From NCBI RefSeq assembly GCF_902652985.1, contig NC_047022.1, forward strand, positions 16,926,001-16,990,000: DNA of 64,000 nt, given 5' to 3'. A model generated the notes under the pieces. That model was not told the origin of the DNA, ran no database searches, and saw only the letters and a list, made by a program, of their open reading frames with translations. The translations under genes were made by a program, and so were the position numbers. Each line of letters opens with the position of its first letter. Positions within the stretch are counted from its first letter, which is position 1. This stretch comes from Pecten maximus. Lineage: Eukaryota. Shown here in pieces: positions 28,901 through 42,016 of the stretch.

Positions 28901-31900
28901 GCGAGACCTCTGTGAATCTGATTAGCCACTTGTAGAGTGCAGTATTTCTCACTTGCTGCCTCCTTAAACTGACGATGATACCAATTCAACACACTGATGC
29001 CGTCAGACCCTCTCTCAACTATAAAAATGTATTAAAAATATCATTATTCAATGTATCAGATCACTAATATATTGACCTTCCCATTTCGTTTAAATGTCAA
29101 TTAATTCGGTAATTCAATTGGGGTTTATAAGATCCTTCACTTTTATGTACACACGTATACATTTGAGAGATCCATTCAATAATGTATATCTAATTATTAG
29201 TGGATCAACGATTGTAATGCTTTGACTATGGTACAAACGTTTAGTTTGGGAAATATCGGACAATAGATTTCTACTATAAATTTTAGTCAATACAATTTGC
29301 TGTATAAGAACATGGCTGTAGGTTAAACCTGTCTTTCTCTGGATAAAATAGATACACATGTTGGAGGCTTTAGTTCGCCTCATTGCGACAGCACAGCAGA
29401 CTTCCATCAAAAAAACATATGACATATTAGGACGCTGTTCGAAATTAAGCAATATTTACCAATGTATTGTTGTATGTCCGTCTTCAGTCTGACCAGCAGC
29501 AGGGGAGGTAACCGCCTGACAGGAGGTACCCAGAACTGATATACGTCATTTAGTACGTCATCATCACATGACAACACGTCTTCTAGTTCCGACTCTGACA
29601 ATCCGCTTTTAGCTGGAGTAAACAGTGGCCATGTCTACAGACGATATAACTCCAAACAACGCATATCAAGTGTGCAACATTTAAAACATAACATTATCAT
29701 TTGATAGAAACCCTTCCTGTAGTGAATATCCTTATTTCTTTTTGAACTTATTGTTTCTGTTCACTTAACATAAGATGAATAGAATATCTTTCAACGAAAC
29801 TCTTCACACAATAATCAGTAACTTACTTGGTAATCTAGTCTTCTCTTCGAGTGTGTTATTGATATGGCATGAAACTTTGAAAAAAAAAAATCTAAAATAA
29901 CAACAACAACAAAAACAAACAAACAAAAAAGGGAAAAAAGGGAAAAAAAACTCACAAGCTGTTAAGTAACCAATTGTCCTTGACACGAGCATCTGTCCAT
30001 GTTTGCTTTCCATTTTAGAAAATAAATATTCAATGCTGCCTTTGACCGTCTGCTGGAGTATAGTCTCATTGTCGTTCCAGTAAGAGTGCCATTTGGAAGC
30101 ACTTTCGAAAGACAGATTCAGGAATAGTGGCAGAGGACATTGGCGAACGCACTCGTTAAGTTTGGCCATCTGTGGGGGACTTAGTGTTCTTTTACGGGTT
30201 CGCAGCCATTGCTGTATTATAGTCTCCGCTTCAGAGAATGTCAGCTCTGGCACAGGCACAAACTGTTCTTTTTCTTGGAACATAACCTGAAATTTTATAA
30301 GAGAATAGACTAAAAGCCTCCAATATAGGATGTGCCTATAAAATGCAAATCAATCGCAATTTTCCTTCTTTGAATAATTGCTCTGTTAGGTCGAAATACT
30401 GTCATTTAAAACATAAGTGATCTTTTGTCTTTTTAAGATAATCTTCGACTCCTTTTTGATAACGTCTTACAAGACATACATTATACTTAAACTTCGAATG
30501 AAAATAAACATTCATTTTCATAATTTGTGTGGCGGTGCGTTCATTTTGTATACTGTCTACCTTAAGTCTCGGAAAACACTCATTATCCTCAATTGTAGAC
30601 ACGATTACTTTGACGTGTTTGGATAGAGTCCGAGGTAACCAGAATAAACTTCGAGCGTTAAAGGACACATCGATTTGGTCCAAGGCGTCCAAAATGATGA
30701 CAAGAGGTTGGGATGCTGAAGCAAGTTCCAGTGAAAGCGCTGATTCTTTGGATAATTCCTTGAGACTCTTTTAAAATAAAGACATTAATCGGTCTTAGAT
30801 TATGAATAAATAAGAGTTAATGTTCAGAAATCAATCTAACCAATCAAAAAATAAATTACATGGTTTTCAAAGAAAATCACAAAAATGCCCTGCAATCACG
30901 GCCATTTCCTTGTCGTTTCGGTTGAACAGGTTAGCCCAAAGTTGTTATTTTATGAAATTATGATTAACCTAGTGATTTGGTGCTGCTTTCCGACGAGCCT
31001 CGACATAAGTTCTAAAGATCTATAATAACAGCGGCAGGTCCGTCAAGATTAAGGCCTGAAGTGTTACATTTTACATCATTGACGAACCGACCCAAATACT
31101 TTAATTGGCAAACACACACGGCTGCAAAACAATAAAAAATGGAATGCATGAAAGTGCAAACGGATACTGTTAAAATACTGTAAATTACTTTTCGCGTATC
31201 ATTTATTTTCGCGATAATACAAAAGGAGAGTCAATCACCTATTCAAATCATAACATGTATTCGCGAAAATAGCGAAAGATGTAAGTTCTCTAAATAAAGT
31301 ATTCGCGAAATCTAAGTGATTTACAGTATATATTGGAATCAAAACTTACCTCCGGCATATGTGATGTCTGGTTATAGATGGCCTGTATTTGTTTGATGAT
31401 GCTTATAAGGATTCCATTGATATTTGAGCTGTCAGGTGTCGTGCCAATAAACCTTTTTAATTGTATAAGATCAATCTATGATACAATGTAGTTGAATACC
31501 AAAGACATAAATCTGGTTTCTGATTCATAGTTAAAATAGCAATGGTAAATTACTGTAAACCAACAGATTTTCGCGTGCAATTGATTTTCGTATATTTCGC
31601 GCACGATTCAGATTCCTGAAAATCAATCACCGCGATATAGTTTCTACCACAGGTACTGTAGGCATTTTATGACTATAAATCGCGAAAATAAATCGCCGCC
31701 AAAATGTCGTTAGGCATGAATTCGCGAAAAAAAATGGGTTTACAGTAGTTCATGCAACGGAAATTCATATTTGGATTCGATACATTGCTTCCGTATTTTG
31801 TTGGCATACGACATTTTTTTTCCCCTTCTGTTTTACATCCCGTTGAGATTGCCTGTTTTTTTATCATTTGAAGTCGCTTGTGTATCAAATGTACAACTCT

Positions 31901-33888
31901 TTATAGAATTACTCACAACAACCACTTTGCCAAAAACATGGTAAAATTCCCCGAATTGCAATTAACGCTGCAGAGGCGTAGCCAGCCTCGTTTGAATAAT
32001 AGATATAATTTACATTATATTAATGCAACTCGCTCGCGAGGGTCGAAAAGAGAACTGAAAATGCGATATTGCTACCCAGGGGTGCAAATCTCTGTATTAT
32101 AATGTAAAAAACTATACTATTGCCCATTAGAAATGAATCGCATTTGATTCACACAATGCACTTTGCTTTTACAAAATGTATACATCTTTTTATAGTGTTT
32201 CCATAATTCCTGTTCAGTGACACATTAAAAGAACGAATATACTGATTAAAAGACGACAGAAAAATGATATGAATGAACGTGACTATGCAAGCACGTCTGA
32301 CGGGTAACACAGGCGAATACATTGCTTTTGCATTTATCCAAACTAACCGTGTCTTCATAACAATATCAATAAAACGATTAATGATTTAGTTCTTAACAAT
32401 GACGTTCATAATAACGACAGCATCGCAGGAACGACGATTAAAATTGTTTTCAGGCAATGAAAAAGATATACATGTACTAAAGAGTTTTACCTAAGTACGA
32501 TAGCGGGATTTGTGTTTGACATCCAAGACGGAATGAGACGAGCTACCATTGCCATCAGAGACGTTTTGCCACAACCTGAGGCTCCATGAATGATCAAGGG
32601 TTTCGTGCTTGTTGATCGTATGTAGGCTTCTACATTCTGTAAGCAGAACATTATTATTAGTTAGTGTTGTCATTGTGGTTCGTGTAGTTATTGTAGTTAG
32701 TGTTGTCGTTGTGGTTAGTGTAATTGTTGTAGTTATTGTATTTAGTGAGTTATTGTAGTTATTGTAGTTAGTGAAGTTATTATAGATAGTGCAGTAATTG
32801 TAGTTACATATGTAGTGTAGTAATTGTAGTTATTGTAGTTATAGTAGTTAGTGTAGTTATTGCAATTAGTGTAGTAATTGTAGTTAGTGTAGTTATTGTA
32901 GTTATTGTAGTTGATATACAATGTAGATGTTGTAGTTAGTGTGGTTATTGTAGTTAGTGCAGTTACTGTAGTTAATGTCGAAATTGTAGTTATTGTAATT
33001 AGTGTAGTCATTGTAGTTATTGCAGTTGATATACTATGTACATGTAGATAATGTAGATGTTGTAATTGATGTGGTTATTGTAATTAGTGTGGTTATTGTA
33101 ATTAGTGTGGTTATTGTAATTAGTGTGGTTATTGTAATAAGTGTGGTTATTGTACTTAGTGTGGTTATTCTAGTTAGTGTGGTTATTGTAATTAGTGTGG
33201 TTATTGTTATTAGTGTGGTTATTGTAATTAGTATGGTTATTGTAGTTATTTTAGCGTATATACATTGTTGTACATATTATCAATATAATGTCAGGAGACT
33301 GAGTGAGCACATTATCAACTACCATTCATTGTTGACATCCGATGACCTAAGGTAAGTTATAAAATCCTGAATACGATATATATTGTAGAAGAAGAACATC
33401 AGAAGTTGCAATGAAGCATAAAAAACTTCAAATATAGGTATATCCGTTTTGGTGTTTTGCAGTTCTCCTTAAGGATTGACAAGCTTCAAATGTACATGTA
33501 TTTGATATTAAGATTCTTACAAATAGCATGGTAAGTGTAACTGTGACGCTATAAGTCAATGAATATATACACGGGTATACACACGGAGTGCATATTATTG
33601 TTAGAAATAAAATTATTCAGAAAAAAATATTAAATCGATTTTATTATGGGTTAATGCACCTTCCGGATAATGTGTATATATCTAATATATCATTGTAATA
33701 TCAATTACTGTACTGTATATGTTACTATAATGATATCTAAAGGTGATATTCGCTTGTGTATCATTTGTACAGTTTTAATTACATCCCGTTTAAGCATTGG
33801 AGAGATAAAAATGACAAAGAGGACAGAACTAATGTGTTTACATGTATATGTATATCAATATAAAAAAAACGACGACGACGACGACGAC

Positions 33889-33921
<33 letters not shown>

Positions 33922-36900
33922 AAGCATTGGAGGGGTAGTCAGGTTTGGACTCTCCATAATCAACTGCTATTACAGGAAAATTAAAACGGGATAGATATTA
34001 CTTTGCTTACCGCCAGAGTCGTTTCTCGTCCACAAAAATTCCCGCATTTCTGTTGACAGAAGCTTACGTGTTGACAACACTCCAGTATCAGGGGGTTGGT
34101 AATCTCTGTAGCGGACCTCTGTTTGATGCCTTCTTCAATCAGTCTTTCCGTTTGTGAAATGAACTCTTCTGTCATCTTTTTAAGATAGGTTTTGTGATTT
34201 TCATTCGTGGGATCTATACCTGCATATGAAATAAACGTACAAGGAACTTCTAATAAATTGCCGAAATGTACGATTTAAAAAAAAGTAAAATAACGGCCTG
34301 AAAACTTACACCTACGGTTAACTATTTGTAACCAGCCGCAATATACCGCTCTGCTAGAGAGAACTTCTCATTACCTCGACCGGTTAAGTGAGCCAGAAGT
34401 CCTCGTTTCGATCCCTAGCGGAGGTATAATTTATCATGCACTCCTGACACCCTTGTAAGGACTCGGGATTTGTACTAAGCATTACTTTTTTTTTTATTTA
34501 TCTTGCTCTTGGTTGCAACTTTTTCCATATTAATTATTACTGCGCGCGAAATTTCAAACAGATTCTCACCATCGTTTGTCCAGTTGACTGGAAAAGGAAA
34601 CACGTTTTTCTTTGGCAATCTTTGTTTCATCTTGGTCTCTTTCAGGACTTCAAGCAATCTTCAAGACTCCTGCCAATATTCCTGCTCTCCGTCCATGTCT
34701 TAAAAATAATCATTTCCAAAATGCGTTATATTGCTTGCAAATTATGAAACAAAGACTGGTGTCGTTATTGTCCTATTCGTTAACTGTAGTTATTAAAACA
34801 TTTTCCGAACTTTTATTTCATCAATAAATTATAATGGCATAAATATTCTTCTTATATGGATGATTCCATGTACGTCTAATTCAGCTGTTTCATTGCATAA
34901 CTTGACAATTACATTTCATTTCATTTTAATAGAAATGGTCAAGATATAACATAACTAATATTCTCCTACAAAATTGAAGAACCTTATATTACACTGTTTT
35001 ATCCTTGTGTTTATTTCCCAGTTTGCAATGTTGTATGTGCTCAATACGCATTTAAAATACGACGGGCCTTTCAGTCCACTCACAGATTTAGTGAGGTCAC
35101 GTGACTGTTAAATACAACATTAACACCGTTACAGATTTTGCAAAGTGCAACTTTTTGATCACTTTTTTTAACGGGGTATCTGGAATCAATGGAAAGAGTA
35201 TACCAATATTTACTTGAAAAGTTCTTTGGAGTCTGATTAATTATTTTAACGATTCCCTTCAAAAAAGTTTATTTACATTGCCCTAATACGTTATTTTTGA
35301 CTTTATAATGAAACTGTCCTCCTCTTTGTCGTGATAATCATTCAGGTCCACAGCAAAATCTACATTGATTAGTTTATTTCCTTTTCAAAAAGCCTTATTT
35401 GGTCATTTTTTTTAGACAGAATACAAGATTACACTTTTGGAAAAATAGATCGATGTTGGTGTGTATGTCCAGATATTTGAACTCTTAATTATTTTTTGTG
35501 TGTCATAAGGTGGCATAGAACCGAACAAACATCACTACATGAATGCAATGAGTCGTGTTTTTAATGAAATTTATTATTTGCAGATGATCTCCAAAGATAC
35601 ACCATCATGTAAAACGTTTTCAGTTATACGTACAATCTGGTAGATTCAATATTAGTTGAAAACCACGGTCTCCATCGTAACCATGACAGCCGATCCCGGC
35701 TTTGATCAGAAATACGGTGTCAAAGGGAAAGTAGAAGACAATTTTTCGTAAACCTCTATTCATAACTTGTATCATTTGATGTTGTTGAACTATATCTCAT
35801 CAATTCAAACATAAAACATGCGGAACTTGTAAACGTTTAAATAACGTGATGACATTAGAATGTTGAAGTTGCAACAAAGTACAACAATGTTTATTTTACA
35901 TGATTACATTAATGAGCAACAAAACGTGGTGCAAAATTAACTCACATGTGTATTACTTATTATAATTGTATGATTTAATACATACCTATAAATTTCTTGA
36001 GGCGATTTGGATCAGGAGTTTTCAAATTTTCGATATTATTTATCCTCCGCCAAAACCAAAGACAGTGTTTTTCGGGCTCAGTGACGTCAAGTAGGCCGGC
36101 TCGAACCTCTTTTTCTGTAACTGTTCATTTGAGGTCGGTTAAATGGTGTTGCTTTTATCATGAACATCAACACAAAACATGAATTTAAAAAAGATCGTTA
36201 TCCGTGCTTAAAGATACATCAGTATTATGTTCCCGATAATTATGTTTTAACATTTGTATTTCATAAAGCAATTCTACGACTTAAAGAACAGTAAAATCAT
36301 AATATTCATAAGTTGAGACACGCCAACAATCAAGCTGTTGGACATTTTTTTTATGTAATCAATAACTTACCGTAATAAAGGAAATACATACTAGAAACGT
36401 AATATTCTTCAGCTTCATCCTCAGGGAGGCTGATTCGGGCTGCCTTGTCTAATGCGGATTTTATGATATCTATCTCCTCATTCGACTGGGCTTTGGCTGC
36501 ATTATGTAATTCCGTTTCTTTGCTCCTGTAGTCTGGCAGAATACGACTTCTGGGCTGGAGAACAAATTCCGGAGGTAAAGCATTGTCGTCGCGGACATAC
36601 CACCTGTTTGAATGGCGATAAGTTGCCGCATTACTGAACTTTATAAAGGTAATTAAGTATCATTTTAGAAACTACAAATATACGAATGCAAACTGATCTG
36701 AAAAACAAATTGAACTGGGGTCAAGTAGGAATGTTATGAATCATAAGCCTTGTTATTTTATTTTATTTTATCTTATTTTAGTAATTTGTATGTATTCTAA
36801 AATATTTAAGGCCATACCAACCTGGTATGTCAAAACACTACGCAAATTAAGTTTTCTCCACTGAACCGGCTAATGGCGAAAATAAACACTTCCTCTTAAA

Positions 36901-39499
36901 AAGCAATGTCCACCATTCATTTAAATCAGTTTTCAAAAAGTCACTTCCATTGTCTCTGTCAGGATCATCAGTACAATTATAAACATATGTGAATTATTGT
37001 ATCATCACGTTAATGCGCATGTTATACAGTAACAAAAACTTACTTGTTTAGGAGAGTTTTGTGATGGTCGTTCTCCACCACCCCAAAAAGTGTATTAAAA
37101 TGGTCCACACTGATTGTTCGAGGAGGCGGTCGGTATCCATACTTGTTAGCTAGAAGTGACTGTAAGGATGAATGGTTAGAAATAAAGGCAGTGGCATCGC
37201 ATACAGATATCAATAAAATCACTATGACGGATTGTATAAAAGAGCCTTTACAACATGTAACCACATACTTATGATAATAACACCCACGGCTATGAATCCG
37301 GCGAATGGGATTCTTAGAATGGAACATGTGCTAGAAAATGTCACATGCAGTGTATTGACAAATCTCGGGGAGTAAATATTGTATTCATGTTTCAGTTACT
37401 ATCGTTTTGTCATTTTCTATCCAAAATTATTGAAAAATATTTTTGAATAAACACATCTTCCAGAAAAAAAATAGCATGTCACGAATCATTGCCCACAATG
37501 AATTTAATTCAGTATAATGTACTATTAGTGACAAGACTATACATTGTCGTTTATTACAGACTGCATAATTTTATAGGGTATTTCTTTTTTGTTTATTTTC
37601 ATTGTGCGATCAAATTACAGTTTGAGTCGCTTGGGCGGAAAAGGAATAATTTGGACGGAGATGATTGTTTTAATTATCAAAAAGTCACAAAATCCAAATG
37701 AACGAGACGCCATGATATTTGAATTTTTGAACCCTATTCGAAACACCTATCTGTATATGGTTACATGGTAGATACATTCAAACACCCCAGAATACGAAAC
37801 ATATCCAAAAGAGGCGAAGATTAAAACTGTTAATCTGTAGATATACTTTTATGTTAAAAGCATCCAAACACGTAAAAAAGAACACCAGATCATATATATG
37901 TCATGCAAAAGATGAAAAATCTACGTTTTATGAGAAAACATATTTTATTTAAGTTAGAACGCCTATACAAGAAAATACCTAGATGTAAACGAAATCATCT
38001 CAATCTCGGTTAAAATCTTTCCATCAATACCTGCGAAAGAGAATAGACTAGATATTCCAGAGGAGTTGCCTTGTCAGCGTTACCCGTATTACTATTTTGG
38101 TTGAATCAACATATTGTCAATCCGTCACCATAAGAACCGAAAGATGACAACAAGACCAATATGCATAAAAGCTTGCATCGACACGTCAGAATTCATATTA
38201 CATATTGATAGATGATTATACATTTCTTTTCAAAATGTGGTGTCAGACACTTACGATGAAGTTAGGACCTGTTGAGAGTTTCTGACACAGCCTTAGTTCA
38301 TTCATACACAGATCTTCAGTAGTGTGGTCATCAGACGCCTCGTCTCTGACACCCCATCTCATGTCTACCACCTGGAAATCATAGCCCTTCATCCGACAGA
38401 ACGAACGCAGCTCTGGGTAGGCCCTCTTCATCCACTTATTTCTCTCGTGCATGGTGTCTTTAATTATGTAGAATATTTTCAAATTAAATAATGTCAGGGA
38501 ACTTTCAATCTGACTTTTTATCAATGTGTATCAATGACTACATCTGAAGTAATTTCCAGATAATCAAACTGACAACTGTACAAAAGGTTAAGCCGAGTTT
38601 CATATGGCCCTGACACCATGTCTGGTGTGGGACATGGTGTAAGGACAAGAGGAAACTCGGGCTTTTGATTCATATGTTGGGTGTATCTAAAGTTATCTAG
38701 ATAACTGGGACGAAATTAAAGTTCTGACCCTTTTTACGTTGGCGAAAGCAGTAATACATTTAATCTAATACTATTCATATGCAATAGATATTCGGTGTAC
38801 AATATTTACAGTGAAACCTGACTTTACCGACCATTAACTTTAACGACATTCCGTATTATTCGACCATATCCATCGGAACAGCGACATGTTGCGTTGTTAT
38901 TGTTGACACTGGCTGTGCCGACAGACTATCATATCCGACACATTGACTCAGTCTCAAGGTGAAAGTCAGGTTTCATTGAGCTAGATTTTAAATGTAAACA
39001 AATAGACGTTCCTATGTGATATTCAAAAGCTGTATGTGTGTTCTGCTGAAGGCACATAAAAGGTGAATTATTAACTAGGTAAATATAGAAACTCAAATCT
39101 ATTGAATATGTTGTGTGTTTTTTTTTTACATGTAACCTTCAATGTAGATTACATCGTTGTGATACGTTAATTTAGCGGGTTTTCAGAAATTACTACACTA
39201 CCAACCAATATGACCGATTGGCTCAGGCAATAGTCCCTGATATCAAGTGGGGATGTATATATGTGAACTTTGTAAAAATATCCAACGTCACTGTGCCATG
39301 AACTGAGTACCTACCAGTGAATGTACTGCTGGTAAATATTCGTACTATTCTGCATTTTTGTGGAACACCAATGCTCACGTTCCCAGTGAGGAATGCATTC
39401 ACAACATTCCGATCGAGCTTCTCTTCGGTTCTCTCTCGTTCTATTCGCAAAATAGCCTGACCAATGCTCTTCTGGAAACCCTCGGACTCTTTGGTTTTC
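19289..39499 (-). CDS. NACHT and WD40 repeat protein (NWD1/NWD2-like; DUF4062 - NACHT - WD40), 27 mapped exons, one in-frame TGA
   Basis: Exons (minus): 39315-39499, 38255-38457, 37044-37159, 36392-36603, 35986-36120, 34570-34698, 34011-34219, 32491-32636, 31350-31452, 30561-30767, 29956-30286, 29460-29612, 28872-29018, 28479-28692, 27950-28106, 27658-27826, 26439-26801, 26047-26298, 25652-25928, 24954-25086, 24135-24303, 23650-23783, 21799-22048, 21059-21226, 20526-20683, 19749-19893, 19289-19377 (stop TGA). Phases chain correctly, 4954 nt. Motifs: RIFTSSTFTD..ERN and VDMRWGV (DUF4062), Walker A GASGCGKT, Walker B LVIILDALDQ, PLPLFL, GLSESELEDVLS, WYHRQF, WD40 repeats (GHSGPV..VKTWD, VCVWD, LRVWD, GHTSSV..IRIWE). 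In-frame TGA at 34661-34663. Confidence 0.9.
19939..19986. repeat. (AG)n microsatellite
   Basis: Read directly. Confidence 0.95.
22370..23060. repeat. 30-bp minisatellite, about 23 copies, with degenerate flanks 22070-23215
   Basis: Unit GATTAGTATTGACTAACAAGGA(T/G)AATGTTA; intronic in the NWD gene. Confidence 0.95.
31176..31328. mobile_element. Tc1/mariner (pogo-like) MITE
   Basis: TACTGTAAAT...ATTTACAGTA termini with TA flanks and internal TTTTCGCG / CGCGAAA subterminal repeats. Confidence 0.65.
31551..31747. mobile_element. Tc1/mariner (pogo-like) MITE
   Basis: TACTGTAAACC...GGTTTACAGTA termini with TTTTCGCG / CGCGAAAA subterminal repeats. Confidence 0.7.
32660..33250. repeat. 9/18-bp low-complexity tandem repeat
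   Basis: (GTAGTTATT/GTAGTTAGT)n grading into (GTGTGGTTATTGTAATTA)n. Confidence 0.9.
33871..33920. repeat. (GAC)n(GAT)n compound microsatellite
   Basis: Read directly. Confidence 0.95.
38589..38664. mobile_element. Short MITE of the same family as 11131-11302
   Basis: AAGCCGAGTTTCATATGGCCCTGACACCATGTC ... GACATGGTGTAAGGACAAGAGGAAACTCGGGCTT. Confidence 0.55.
38807..38978. mobile_element. Degenerate pogo/Tigger-like MITE
   Basis: TACAGTGAAACCTGACTTT ... AAAGTCAGGTTTCATTG inverted termini. Confidence 0.55.
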
Positions 39500-41993
39500 C
39501 TAACAAGTATGAAATACATTTACATATGTGTACATCATACAGGCTTGATATGATTAACAATATGACTGAAAACAGCAGACAGCTTTCTTAATCTGCCAGT
39601 GCTGATGACCTTTTTGTTCTCGTCACTGTCACAACTTTTAAGCTCAATAAAATACAGAATCATGAAAAGATAGCAAGGCACCCCACATGATAATATTTTA
39701 GTGACGACGGGCGAACTCTCAGAGGACGGGATTGTTATCGATTATCTATACACGTAATAGTAGTGATTCATAATGAATTGAATCAAGACAATATCAACCA
39801 GGATAGATGTGTGTCATAAAGTATAGATATAGCTTTTCTACATCGATTTTCAAGATGAAGGCAGCGTGTGTATAGAATTATAGTTGTTAACACTAAGCAA
39901 CGGAAAGTAATTAAACTTCATAGATAAAAAAAAAAACAAATTTCGTAAAGTGTCAAATTTCATTTTTTGCGTTGCCACCAAATAAGTGTGATAGCAAGTC
40001 GTCAAAGCGAACAAAACGAAAAATAGATAAATTGACACTGAACGTATTAGCCAAGAATCATTCTTCTTATAAATGTAGATTCTCAAATTAAAAAAAAAAA
40101 ATGAAGAAATTTACGAAAATGGAACTCATGTTAACAATTGTAACTATGCTTTTTTACTTAAGGTACGTGTCCACACTTCTGACATAAAATTTCCGTTCAG
40201 GTTTATTTTACCTGTAAACCCATGGCTTCTTACGAAGCGACTACGGTAAACACACCTGGCCGTATATGCCCAGGGTTACTGAGACAACACTCTCAGTGAA
40301 TCATATTGTAACACCGTCATGCTTGACCGCAGACACCTTTCCGACTTCCAAACAGGTTTTGCTGGTGAGGTACTGCATTAGGTATTTAACGAAACTGAAA
40401 CACGTTATGTAAGATTCCATTGAAAATGTATACTGTACCCGCAGTGGACCCCAGGTTACCTAGCACTTTTACAATCCAAGGACATACAGTACCATCTGTG
40501 TATTTCACCTATACATTGCCCAATATTAGCAAATCCAATGGCAAACATTATTTCCTTTCAAATAAATCCAGAGCCATTTCTGGAACTAGCATCATTATAA
40601 AAGTATAACAAGTTGTTTATTCATTTGTCTGAAAGGTACTGCTATCAATATTTTACCTGGGTATTGATTATAAATACCAAAAAATCATAGACACATGTAC
40701 CTACCCCCTCTGAAGTGGTCTGTTGTTACATAGGGTAGGTGAGTTTGCAACACTGACAGTTGAAATCTAAAATGTAATTTTAGAATTCAAGCATAGGAGT
40801 GCCTTTGTAAATGTCATATGGTTATCCATGGAAAAGTATAATTTCGTACCTGTTACCTGTTTTGAGATGGATTTTTTTTTTTAAAGTTTCTACTTATTCT
40901 CGCTGTAAACGAACCAACAATTTGGTTTATTAGGACGAGTTGGTAGGCCTTTGTGAATACAAAGTGTTCCATTTTCAAAAGAAACACAGGCAAAACCATA
41001 GCTAATCTCGCAAACACCCTGGTGTCTGTACAAACTATTTCAATAGCAAATAACATTTGCTGGAAGTCTGGTCATGAACCTTAACAGCTTTAGAGACGAC
41101 GGGAAATAGCGAGCGGAGTTAAAAAGCAAGTCTACCATTGCAAATATGCCTTGGTAAAATAGTGTGTACACTTTGTAATGTATATCATATATATAATTAA
41201 ACATACGAGTCGCATCTCATACCTTTAAAGACAACGTGAATTGTCTCAGGACAACGCTGGCATTGTACTTAAAGTTGTATGATGAGTAATTTAAAGCGTC
41301 TGTTGCAATTTGTCAGGTATTCTAAATAACAATGTCAAAAGCCCCAGCGTATTCACGGGAGCTTTAAATGAAGATTGGGTAAATAACAATCCGTTGTTAC
41401 ACGTAACATAAACTTATTCATTTAAACGAGCCATAAGTAAACGAAACATGGAAGCTCTAACTAGAGGGACTATTGTGTTTCGGTCCCAAAGTGGGACAAT
41501 GCTTTCGTGATGACATCTTGTTATCGTGTTGTTACTAAACCCCAGCTCCATATTTAAATATCCTTCCAAAATCAATTCTAAAACAATGCCATTCAAAAGA
41601 CTAATTGAGTATTATAACCTAAACTGACAGCCCGATAATGAGTATGTTCAACTGGAACTAGCTAATGACTGTCTTTAAGGAGACATACGTTGCACCTATT
41701 ACATACATGTAATCTGATGACTTGTCACTGGCTAAGGCTCGATAGTAATGATAAATGAGATACATGATCGTTATTTCCAAGTTAAATTGTAAATGCCAGT
41801 TGCAGTGAAGATAAAGCCATGCAAATACAAATTCATATGTTTTTTTTCTCAAATCTCGCTGTACAGGTTGGATCATACAAGAACAACACATTAACCTGTT
41901 TCTGTTATAGTCAGAATCCTTCCAAAATGGTCTCAGGTAGTTCAATACCATTCAGTAACTTGTAGACTTCCCAAATGACAAAACTGATCATAC

Positions 41994-42016
41994 CTTAAGA
42001 GGTTGGGGGATACCAT
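41994..42016 (-). CDS. Candidate first coding exon of the NWD gene (MVSPNLLR)
   Basis: ATG...AG|GTATGA donor in phase 2, the phase the 39499 acceptor requires. TATA-like GATATATAGA about 80 nt upstream. No homology support. Confidence 0.35.

Noticed and set aside
32742-33355. Thr-rich and Val/Ile-rich ORFs
   Set aside because: Products of the 9/18-bp intronic tandem repeat.
34325-34470. tRNA-like B-box (GTTTCGATCCC), also at about 42955
   Set aside because: Too degenerate to fold or classify; probably old SINE heads.
40212-40223. Alternative NWD first exon ATG GGT TTA CAG|GTAAAA with good Kozak context
   Set aside because: Its phase-0 donor does not fit the phase-2 acceptor at 39499, and I found no bridging exon. 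It could still be a UTR or alternative exon.
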